Part shown: in pieces, positions 53,570 through 64,000 of the stretch
How positions within the stretch are numbered: position 1 is the first letter of the stretch
How the letters are laid out: the number at the start of each line of letters is the position of its first letter
Source of the DNA: the human T2T-CHM13v2.0 reference genome, Homo sapiens
Assembly (NCBI RefSeq): GCF_009914755.1
Contig: NC_060936.1
Reading direction: 5' to 3' (one strand)
Length of the DNA: 64,000 nucleotides
Translations under genes and position numbers: made by a program
Notes under the pieces: generated by a model
What the model was told of the DNA's origin: nothing
The model's database searches: none
The model's input: the letters and a program-made list of their open reading frames with translations, nothing else

Positions 53570-53870
53570 TCACTTATTATTTCCTTTTATTTATTCATTC
53601 ATTCCCACAAGCAATATTTATTCTCATGTCAAATTTGTGTCTTCCGTTAAGAACATAATAGTGTCTTAAATTGGCCCAGTGTTTGCCCTCACAAGGTTTA
53701 TAGTCTAGTGGATGATACAAACCAACAGATAATTATAATGGAATTGTAGTAGCAAGGAAATGCTATATGCTGTAAAAATATATCATGTATCTCTAAACTA
53801 GAATTGGGTGACTAGGAAAAGTTTTCTATAATGGGTACAAGATAAAGAACTCATCAGGCAAGGAATAAAA
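53570..53870 (-). mobile_element. L2 3' end
   Basis: ttattcattcattccc...tgccctcacaaggtttatagtctagtgg. Confidence 0.65.
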
Positions 53871-53996
53871 CAGGGAAAACTTTTCCATCTGTAAGAATGA
53901 AAGAATAATATAATCTACTTTATATGGCAATTTTGAGGATTAAATGAGTCACAGACACTTACAGAAGGCATGGCACATAATAAAATACTCTGTATA

Positions 53997-54408
53997 TGTG
54001 GAGACAAAAGTGACTCCATCTTGGATGCTAATCCACCATGTCAACTTCTGATTAGCCCCAGTCCTGTGAATGTCTCCTGATTCCTACTTTACTATCCTTA
54101 GTGTAAGAATATGTCAACCTTGATGTTATTGCACAAATTATAGGCTATGATGCATATAGCATTATTGTCTGTTCTGGAGGATTGCCTTTAATTGTCTTGC
54201 ACAGGGCACTTAAATATTTTCTCTATTGCATATAATCCCTGGTTCTGGGTTAGCAGGTAAAAAGATCTAACTGTCTCACAGCCACCCAAGACCATGCTTC
54301 TGCCTGTAATTTCCCCCAATAAAACACCTTTTACCAACAAACTAGATTTGTCTGCCTTTTTCTTAGGCATTTGTGGCTACTTTGCATATATGGCCTTTTC
54401 ACAGAATT
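53997..54408 (+). mobile_element. LTR47-like ERV solo LTR
   Basis: tgtggagacaaaagtgactccatcttggatgctaatccaccatg start; tataa and aataaa elements; flanks gtata / gtatg. Confidence 0.75.
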
Positions 54409-54419
54409 GTATGTTATAG

Positions 54420-55780
54420 ATGTAACAATTTTTAATTTTTGCCCTTTCTGTATTTTATATTTTGATTTTTTAGTTTTGATTCCTTTAAATATTTTTGCTT
54501 GCTTTGTGATGACTGATTTGTTTTTATATTATGCACATATTTTGTAATTACTATCCTACTTCAAATTTCAAAAATCTTAATACTTTCTATCTTATTTTTC
54601 CTGTCGAAAGAATGAAGATTCTGTAGTGCTTTGGAGCATAAAGAATTTAAAGTTTCTATTTAGGTCTACACCAACCCCTGCCTGGTTTCAAATGATATAG
54701 CTATCTATTAAAAATGTTAAAAATCTTTTCAACAAAAAGTGTGCACATATAATATTTTGCAAATACATTTGCCGCACATTTTAAAATATATTCTCTGTAT
54801 AACTCTTTTCAATGTCCATTACTAGTCTTCCCATCCACAGTTTACCATCCTTGATTGTGTTTATTTGTTTTGTCTGTCAATCACTTATGATTCCTTTCAG
54901 AAAAACTTTTTTCAAAATAGTGGTCAGTTTTACTAGATTGGTCCATATATTGCCTTCATATTTGAACAACAGCTTTGCTGAATATATAAATTATGAGTCA
55001 TGATCTTTCCTCTCAACCCCTATGGATATGGTTCGCTTGTGTTCTGGCATTTGGTGTTTGAAAGGAGTTTGGGGGCATTCTACATCTTGCTTTTTCTGTG
55101 TTTGAAGCATTCTTTATGTTTAAACTTTGCCACTGTCACCGAGCAATCTTTTATTGTGTGGCTTTTGTTATTAATTTGCTTGGAACATGACTGGTCTCTC
55201 AATCCCAAAATACAATATTTTAAAACTGGATAATTTTCTAGAATTATTTATTTGGTTATTATTTACATTCCATTTGGTCTACTTCCTTTTGGGGGTATCT
55301 CTTATAAGCCTGGTTTTCATTTTGCTTGGCATTTTTTTCATTTTCTCTGTTAGCGTACTCTCTGCCCTTTGTCTTTGGATTTTTCTATTTCTTCCCAGTT
55401 TTGTCCTGTAAATCACTAATTAAATTTTCTGCAATGTCAAGTCTGCTAATTATTGATTCAGACTAAACTGTTTTTTTTTTAATTCAATATGTGTTCTCTT
55501 TATCAAGAGTTTTTCCTCATCTTTGTCATCTGTTCCTATTTCATGTTGGCAATGTTTCAATGATTTGTTCTTAATTCCTCAGAATGGGGAATCTACTGAG
55601 TCAAACCCTGTTTTCCTTTTCTTGAATTAAAACTTTCTCATATGCTTTTTATTGTTCTTTTGGTAATTTATCTTTTAAAAAATCAATGTATATTTTATGT
55701 CGTTTTATAAAAACTTCTGGGTTTTGTCACAAATTGTTGCAATTCTTTATCCATATCCTTCATAAAGAAATCCATCAAGT
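54420..55780 (-). mobile_element. Very old L1M(E)-like remnant
   Basis: T-rich, with ttgccttcatatttgaacaacagctttgctgaatatataaatt typical of antisense L1ME. Confidence 0.5.
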
Positions 55781-56508
55781 TACCACTGCTTCAGTGCGCA
55801 TCCTGAAAATCTTAATAGAGTGTTTCACTTTTTGCACAGATTTAACATGTCCAAACTAGACTAAGAATCATCATCTTCTTCCCCTTCTGAACACCCACAA
55901 CTGTACTATCATTCTGCCGATCATCCAGCATCAATCAGAGTATGTTACTCTTCCTTTCTTTGATCATTTTATAAAGTTATTGTTATCAGCTCCACAATAA
56001 TTCATGTGATGCTTCATTTACATTTGTGCTTTTCCTTCTCATGTTACCCTTTTATTACTTTAATAACCATTCTCTTGGCATTGTCCTCTTTCAAAGCAAC
56101 CTATATATTATTGTCAGGTTATTCTTAAATCTAAGCTCCAACAATGGATTTCTTCAGAAGCTTTAAGTATGTCTCTTTTGTGTGTCGAATTAACTATATA
56201 CTCTTCATAACATTCATGGCTTGTCACAATAACCCAGTATTGAGCCAATTCACATTTAAAGCCTTATCTTCCACTACCCAAAGCATAGTATAGATTGGCC
56301 CGCTTGTCTGCAAGCAAGTATGTGGGTGCCAACTTACAGACATGCCCTAGAAGGCACTTCCTTCCCAGTTCATTACAATACTACAAATATATATTGAGCT
56401 CTTATGTTATAAGCCAAGAATACCTGGTTATTTGAAATTTTTAAAAAAATGTATCTCATTAACTTGCAGGCGACTCAGGTATACAGCCCACAATACATAT
56501 ATAGCATT

Positions 56509-56954
56509 TGTGATGGTTAATTTTGAGTGTCAACTTGATTGGATTGAAGGGTTCAAAGTATTGTCCCTGGGTGTGTCTGTGAGGGTGTTGCCAAAGGAGA
56601 GTCAGTGGACTGGGAGAAGCAGACCCACCCTCAACCTGTATGGGTACAATCTAATCAGCTGCAAGCATGCATGGTTAGAATAAAAGCAGGCAGAAGAACG
56701 TGAAAAAGAATAGACCGTTTTAGTCTTCCAACCTACATCTTTCTCCTGTGCTGGATGCTTCCTGCCCTTAAACATTGGACTCCAAATTCTTCAGCTTTGG
56801 GACTTGGACTGGCTTCCTTGCTCCTCAGCTTGCAGATGGTCTATTGTAGGACTTCACTTTGTGGTCATGAGAGTCAATACTCCTTAATGAACTCCGCTTT
56901 ATATATACATCTATCCTATTAGTTCCATCCCTCTACATAACCCTGACTAATACA
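56509..56954 (+). mobile_element. MLT2A1/A2 (HERV-L) solo LTR
   Basis: tgtgatggttaattttgagtgtcaacttgattggattgaagg...accctgactaataca; TSD gcatt / acatt. Confidence 0.93.
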
Positions 56955-57636
56955 ACATTCTTACCAGTTCAGTTAAAACCCATAGTAATAATATTCTGAC
57001 TGAAATCAATAAAAGCACAGATTAAAAAGTGGTGAATTCTGTCCAAAGAACTTAATGTAGACTCCTTGGAGAAGATGACGTCAGAACAGTAAGGTAAAAG
57101 ATGAATTTGAGTTTCCCATCCAGAGAAGAGTAAAATGGTATTCTATAGAGTAGAGACAACATACTTTAAAAGCATAACAATTTTTTATATATTTGGGAAA
57201 ACAAATACTCTGTCATATTCATCCATGCTGTACACATAGCAAATTCTAGAACATGGCCTGGAACATAGTAGATATTTCTACTATAATATTAATAGATATT
57301 TCTTGGATAAATGAATTAAAGACTATCAGACTTGGAAGTATTAAAGTTGCATGATGGAAAACAAAGTTGGAAAGCAAAAAGGCTATATTGTAAATGTATG
57401 ATTGTTAGTTCAGGAGTTTGGACTTTAATTGATGGGCCATGGAGAAGCAGAGAAAATTTTTAAAAAATGGAATTGGATATTAAAATGAAACTTTTGGTCA
57501 GAATTTAAGAAAATAGATATCAAAGCAGATAAGATACTGAAGTAAACAGTGAGACAGGCCATCTTACAGAACTTTACAAATAGGAATTGCACATGGATCA
57601 GGTTTGCCCCTCTTAAACTGGTTAAAAAAATCATCA

Positions 57637-58216
57637 GTCTGTCTTTCTTTCCTCTTGTGCTCAGTTGCCTTGTTCTTGAGGTCTCTTTTCTCTACACCAT
57701 GGTTCTCAACCTATTTTGGGGGAAAAATACCTTGAGCAGAATACTATGGGAAAACAGTCTCTACTTCTTTCTTTTCCAAATTCATTTTTATCCCTTCCTG
57801 TCTGATCAAAAACTGAATGGAATCAACACCACTGAGCTCTTGAGGGGAAAGAAGAAAAACCTGCTCCCTTCACTCTGCTGGAAGCTGGAGGGTGCTAGGT
57901 CTCTGTGTGGTAGCACAGGGAGTTACAGCTTTTTTCCTCCTTTCTCTGCATTTTGGGCTTTGAGAGTACACTGTGTCTCTATGATAATATGGACTTCAGC
58001 ATTTACCAACATGTATCTGTCTACTTTGTCTTGTTTTTAAAACAGAAAAAAACTTAGAGAAGGTCAGCAGAGGGTGGGTTTGAGACGTTTGGGTGAATTA
58101 AGTGGGCATTTTGATAAGGTGGCTTCTCCCTTGGAATATTTAATTGAGATGTTTAATGGACATCCTTGTAGTTTAAGTGATGCTTTAAAAATAAATTCTC
58201 TCCTAATGATGAAAAT
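57637..58216 (+). pseudogene. SET: 5'-truncated processed retrocopy of SET (TAF-I) mRNA, 3'UTR only
   Basis: Recognised SET 3'UTR text (cctcttgtgctcagt...ttcttgaggtctcttttctctac...ataccttgagcagaatac...ctgctggaagctggagggtgctagg...agcatttaccaacatgtatctgtctacttt...aaataaattctctcctaatgatg); AATAAA at 58190-58195; A-rich tail; TSD aaaaaaatcatca (57624-57636) / aaaaagattatca (58217-58229). Confidence 0.85.
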
Positions 58217-58329
58217 AAAAAGATTATCATGAGTATATAAGGTTCATTAAGCGGAGATTGAGAGAGGACTGAAAAGCTATGTAATCTCAGCTCCGCCTAT
58301 AATAGAGTTGGAGTGTTTTTCTTAATTTT

Positions 58330-59266
58330 AAAAAGGAAGGGCTTAAGATTACTTAAATATTTTAATAGACACTTTCTGCAACAGACGAGGGGTAAACAGA
58401 GACCAGATAGTTGGCTTCCACTTTAAAAATTCTGAAAGCAGAAAAATGGCTGGATAGCTAGTTTAATAGCTAGAGCTAAAAAAGAAGCTGCTTTTGTTGT
58501 GTCAAAGAATGCTTGAATGCTTGAGTGTTTTCTCTGGCCCACATGTAGATCAGGAATTAGAATAAATCTAGGAGTACTACATTAGGGTTTAGGTAAAGGG
58601 CTACCTGCAGGAGCAAACAGAGTTCACTTTCTCATGTCTAGTATATGTGGGTTGAGGGGGAGGAGTAATTGACTACTCATAATAGAAATTCTTTTGCTTG
58701 GGATTAGGGACTAGAGGCTAAAAGATCATCAGTGATTGAGCAATCTTTTGGGAGCACATAAAAGTATTAATGAAGGAAAGAGTATACTTTAGACAGCTGT
58801 CAGACCTACTGAACACCAACTGGGGACACCATGAGTTAAATAAGGTCTGCCTTGTCCTCCATTCTCCCAGGCTCCAGCTCTAGAGTGGTAAGATATTTGT
58901 GATGATGGAAAGAGAACGAAGCCCAATCATTCCTTCCCCAGCTGTTTTTTTGTACTGTGAGCTCTCTCCTCCTCCTCCTCCCTGGCCTTAATCCTCCACC
59001 TTCTGGTGGATTTGACGGGTGGGAGGAAATGATAAATCTTAGTATTAAATTAAGTTGAACTTAAATTTTTCTTACAAAACTTATGTGTTAGCTTTGATTT
59101 CAAGTGACCATTTTCTGAGAATGACCAACAGAATCGTGATATTGTCTGAGTTGTCAGCCCATGAAAATGAAACAACTAAATACATTTAAGGGACAATGGG
59201 AGACTAAAATAAATTTGCTTTATGATCACATCCCATGAGTCACACTTATCCAATGTACCAGTTACA
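58330..59266 (+). mobile_element. Ancient LTR78-like LTR
   Basis: 3' end tttaagggacaatgggagactaaaataaatttgctttatgatcacatcccatgagtc...ccagttaca; 5' boundary uncertain. Confidence 0.55.
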
Positions 59267-59454
59267 TAAAGAAATTTTTCGAACTTATCTGTGTTTGAGA
59301 AATGTCCTTCACATGCTGAAAAAGTAATCATCTGAAATGAGCTAGATGAGTTAGGAAGATCATCCCTTCTTGTCAAAATTCTTATTTATCTTCCAGGCAT
59401 TGCCTCATATATTAAGCCATTTCTGATTTTCTTCCACTGCCTTTATCTCCAGTT

Positions 59455-60045
59455 GATTATTTCATTAAGTAAATATTTATTGAGCACTTACTTTGTATCA
59501 GAATTTTTCTGACACTTGCAATACACCTGGAAACGAGACAGGTAAAATGCATTATCCACATGGGGTTTAATATTCTAGTTGGCAGAGATTAACAATAAAC
59601 AATACATATGACACCTGAGTAGCATTCACAGTACACTCAGAGATAACAAGTACAGTAAAATCAATCAATCAATATAGCAGTCTAGGGTCATCATAAGCCT
59701 CCTTTAAAGGGAGATTTGAGCAGAGTCTGGAAGACAGTCATATAGTTAGCCATGTGAATATCTGGAGGAAAAGACAATTTCAAAGCTTGAATGTGGAATG
59801 GTGTTTGGTGCTTTGTGAAAGTGCAAGTAATTCAATGTGGCTGAACAGAGTGAGCTAGGGGGAATAGTCGTGGGAGATGGGGTCAAAGATGCAATAGCAG
59901 CCAAATTGTGTAGAGCCCTGAAGGTCATTGCAAAGATTTTGACGTTTATATTGAGTGAGGAAGGAAGCCATTAGAAGGTTTGAGCAGAGGAATGACATAA
60001 TATGTTTTTGTTGTAAAAGAATAATTTCTGTGATCTACTGTGGCT
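59455..60045 (-). mobile_element. L2a
   Basis: aaatatttattgagcacttac...agccatgtgaatatctggaggaa...gaagccattagaaggtttgagcagaggaatgacat. Confidence 0.85.
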
Positions 60046-60764
60046 GTTTTTTTTTTACTGTTCATATATTTACCATAGCCTTTTTTCGTAGTTATTTGTG
60101 TATAAGTATCCTTTTATAAATTATAATTTCACAAACAGTCTATGTCTTACTTAGTGTTGTATCACCTATGTTGAATAACCAGTACTTTATATAAATGACA
60201 ATCAACCTTCATTTGTAAGAATATAGTTTTATATTCCTTTAGGAAAATAATATTGATACTGTTTGATATTCAAAGAATTATTTTATTAATAGGAAAATCT
60301 GCTTATCTTAGGCACATTATTATTTTATGCCAAATAGTATTAAATTGACTGGACAATTACTTTTCCTATGTGTTTGAGTATAGCATAGAAATTGGGTCAT
60401 CCTACTATACTCTCCATAATACAAAATTCCTTCTTTTAGACCTCTAATCATAACTGGATCTGATTTTTTAAAATTTGTTTGCTTCCTCCTTTATTTTCTG
60501 GATCCTCTATAGATCCTGAACTCACTATCTTGTTCACCTTTGAGTCCCTGGTATCCAATGTACTGTTTGACACATAGTAGTAATCCTAGACATTTGTTGA
60601 ATGCATGCATACAAGAGTGAAATGTCTCCCATTATCATAACACTTTTTACAACTATGAACTATTTGATCATCCTATCAAATGAGAATCATCCAGGCTTAT
60701 TTCTGTGTCTCATGGTTGGGGTCAGGTTACTAGTAACCATAGCCATTTCCATTACTGTGAAAGT

Positions 60765-60917
60765 AAGGGAGGAAGAAAAGGGAAGGAAGGAAGAAAGGAA
60801 AAGGAAAGGGTAGAAGAGAGAAAGGAGGGAAAGAAGAAAGGACAGAAGGAAGGAATTAAGAAAGGAAGAAGAAAGAAAGGAAAAAGAAGAGGAGAGAGGA
60901 AGGAGAGAAAAAGAAAA
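60765..60917. repeat. Polypurine (GA-rich) low-complexity tract
   Basis: Seen directly; almost no pyrimidines on the + strand. Confidence 0.9.
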
Positions 60918-62149
60918 ATTCTTCATGGCTACGAAGACCACTCTTCTCTCATACCCTTTTAACATCTCTACCTTATCCTCTGCACACAATTTGTTCCATA
61001 TTCCTTTGCACCTCACCATTTTCAATGTTTAAGAAAGTGAAAGTTATATTATAAAATAATACTTCCTGACATGCTTGACATTGAGTGATCAAAAAATTCA
61101 TATCTCAGTGAGATTTTTGTTCTGTAATAAAGAACAAAACAGCTGCTTGTCAAAGAACTGGTGAGATTTACCTAGCCTCTTTTACATATTGGGCAGCAAT
61201 CATGCAGAACCTAACAGCCAAGAACCTAGTGATTAATGTAGCTGACTTTGGAAATCAACTTCAGTGAACTCACTTTATTGTAGAATGCTTCTAGACTAAA
61301 ACTTAATAGGCACTTTCCATGTTTTCTTTCAGTCAGCCTGCTGAGTGCAAGACGCATGCAGGTTTAGAGAGATTCATTATATCATTTGGAATGTTCTAAT
61401 CCAGAGTTTCAAATTTAAGATTTGAACAGTTCAGATCCATGTGACTTTATAGACAGAGATGGGAAGGCAATATTTCTGGGGAGATAATAGGCATACTTCA
61501 CAAAATCTGGTGTTCAAAGATCTAACCATTAAATCTGCTTATATAAAAGCAAGACGTTATGGCCATTATTTCCATGCAATGGAAAATGCAGGATTTCCAA
61601 AAATTAAAGAACTGAAATCTTATCCTGCTGATATCTCACACAATGTAAGGTGCCAAAAACTTTATCTGTGGTTCTTTACAGAATCTCACATGATAAATAT
61701 AGCATCAGCTTTGTCCAGGAGATAAGAAAGGAATCCTGCCGCAAGGCAAAAGAGAGTAGTAATATAAAAATCACCAGACCTGATTTTCCCCAATAAAGGT
61801 GCAATCAACCACCATTAACTAAATAATCCAGACATGGATCATTTGTGCTGTTATGTGTACATTGAAAGTAAAAAAATGAAAATAACAAACTGAACCTCTT
61901 ACTGAGGCTTTCTCGACAATTTTGTTGGAGTGAGTCAACAATTACTCTACATTATATTATTCAGTTATTTTCAGAAACTGGCTTAATTATTTTTGTTGGT
62001 ATGTTGCTAAAACTCTATTACTGGCAACAATTTACCTGACTATATTGGCTTTATTAAGACATTAGCTTCTTTTTATTGCTTAGCATTATATCAGGCCGGG
62101 AGTAGAAAAGTTCTCATCATTTAGAGCACTTTTCCTGCAATCAATCAAC

Positions 62150-62400
62150 CCGAGTTCCAGGACTGAGTTCCAATCCTGTCATTTGCTGTCATGTTCTGTT
62201 GGTTTGACTTTGATGAATCACTAATTTTCTTAGCATCCACTAATTGTTCTTAGCATCCACTTTGCCATCTGTAAAATGAGAACAAGATTAAAACTATCTT
62301 TAAGGCTTGTGGTAAATACTGAAGAGAGTGAATCTGAAAGCCCTCTGTAAACTCTTAAAAAATAAAAACCTACATATGTACAGCAAGATATTACTATTAC
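62150..62400 (+). mobile_element. MIR with an internal ~20-bp tandem duplication
   Basis: ctgagttccaatcctg...catctgtaaaatgag; cactaatt(t/gt)tcttagcatc x2 at 62219-62257. Confidence 0.65.
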
Positions 62401-62490
62401 CACATGTTCAAACCTTAAGCCCATACTATTTGTGATCAAACAGAGGTTACCATTTTTTTTTCCTGTTTACTTCTAAGATAAAATTCTGTT

Positions 62491-62963
62491 TGCAGTAGGT
62501 TCAATAATGGCTTACTTAATCAACAATGGTTGAATTATGTTGAATCAAAAAGATATGTCGTTATATTCCCTAGGACTTGCGAATGTGACTTTATTTGAAA
62601 TAACATGTTTGTAGATGTAATTAAGGATCTTGAGATGAAATGATTCCAGATCTAAGTTGAACAGCAAATCCAAGGATTGGTGTCCTTATGAGAGTAAGGC
62701 AGGCAGAGAATGAAGACACAGAGAGACAAAAGCAGAGACTGGAGTTATGCAGCCCTAAACCAAAGAACACCAAGCATTGAGGCAGGCACCAGAGGTCAAA
62801 GAACAACATAGGGTGGATTTTCCCTCAGAGCCTCAGAAGGAACTAACTCTAAAAACACCTTGATTTTAAACTTCTAGTCTCCAGAACAGAGAAAGAATCA
62901 GTTTCTGTTGTTTTAAGCTACCTAGTTTGTGGTAATTTGTTATGGCAGCCCTAGGAAACTAAT
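62491..62963 (+). mobile_element. MLT1C-like MaLR LTR
   Basis: gaatgtgactttatttgaaata...ttttccctcagagcctcagaagg...tttgttatggcagccctaggaaactaat. Confidence 0.85.
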
Positions 62964-64000
62964 GGAATGACAACTGGGGCGTTGTGTGAAAAACTAGTTT
63001 ACTGAACATACTCTGCATTCAGAGTTAACAATTAAGAAAAAAAATGGCTCCAAAATGCTTTTGAAGTATTTTCACATTTAAATTGAAGGATGTGAACCTG
63101 TTTGGCAAGTTTTCACTGAGGAGAAATAATGAAATTTGAATATTAAAATTTGTTCCCCTTTCAAAATATCAAGTAGGATGAGCTTCAGTTCTAAAAGTTA
63201 CATTTCATGTTTGAAATACTAAGTTATATTCCATTGTTGAAGTTTAGGCAAAAATTATTTAGAGAAATTTAAGTTTCTTTTCAACTCCTTCTGGTGTAAA
63301 CAATACATATGTTCATAGGTATATTTTGGTATGCATATAGATTCCAAACATTATATTTGTTTTATTTACTTGGCACTGTATTATTTACAAAAAGAATTTT
63401 GAAAGCTACATCTTTAGATTATACTATTTTAACAATATATTTATTAATATAATATGTTAAATATTTAAAATACTTGATACATATTTATGAGCATAAAATA
63501 TGACCTACTAATGTTTCTTAATATAAAACTTAAATTTTCTGATAAAATGAATCAGAAAAATATTTCTTACATCTTCAACAGTAAGTCATGTTCCTGATTC
63601 TGTCTTCAGTCTTGAAAGAACTGACACATTAATTAGATGGCAAAAGTAAGGAGAGATCAGCTCTTTTATAGTTTGCTTTTTCTTTTCTTTTCTTTTTAAC
63701 TTGGATTGGCAGTTCTTGCCAACCTCATCTCATTTAGTTTTACCTGCTTACTAAATTAGGGAGAGTGGGGGTAAGAGTGGTCCAGAAAGATAGTCTGCAA
63801 TCAGTCAGCAAAAAGCACTACAAAAGTTTTCTTTCTATTCTTCTGGATAGAGGAGGAATTGTGACCTGAACCATTATATAAGGAAAAAAAGATACTCAAA
63901 AATTCCTGGAAATGGATTTGTTTGAATCTTGTCAACTCGAAGTAGTTTTCTGGAAGATACCCAGGCCTGTGATTGAGCCTCACCTCTGCTTGTGGTTACC

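Noticed and set aside
57698-57725. catggttctcaac resembling a hAT-Charlie TIR
   Set aside because: Better explained as part of the SET 3'UTR retrocopy; no partner TIR.
57549-58040. Longest ORF (163 aa)
   Set aside because: GTG start; runs from L2 DNA across the TSD into 3'UTR-derived sequence; no recognisable domain, so a chance frame.
60601-61025. Lys/Arg/Glu-rich and Phe/Leu/Ser-rich ORFs
   Set aside because: Translations of the polypurine low-complexity tract.

Overview
64 kb of AT-rich, CpG-depleted primate genomic DNA, very probably human (AluJ/AluS, L1PA, THE1B, MSTA and MLT2A elements). I found no credible protein-coding exon, RNA gene or CpG-island promoter. The supplied ORFs are chance frames in repeats or low-complexity DNA, or decayed L1 ORF1/ORF2 pieces, so the window is intergenic or deep-intronic. 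Much of it is a layered transposon record: L2, MIR, hAT-Charlie MERs, MLT/MST/THE1 MaLR LTRs, an MLT2A HERV-L LTR, LTR47- and LTR78-like LTRs, seven Alus and several L1s, including a full-length L1MA (42271-50709, minus). The most interesting items are: (1) a 5'-truncated, 3'UTR-only retrocopy of SET mRNA with TSDs, ending at a proximal poly(A) site; (2) an L1PA5-like insertion carrying a ~213-bp 3' transduction with its own AATAAA, poly(A) and TSD; (3) several perfect or near-perfect inverted repeats that look like replication template-switch products, including a pre-miRNA-sized 21-bp-stem hairpin and a tandem double palindrome; (4) an L1MD that keeps both termini but lacks most of its interior; (5) a twin-primed L1 with a nested L1. 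I did not find a new biological system. Repeat subfamily names and the SET assignment come from recalled sequences rather than a database search, and boundaries of old repeats are approximate.
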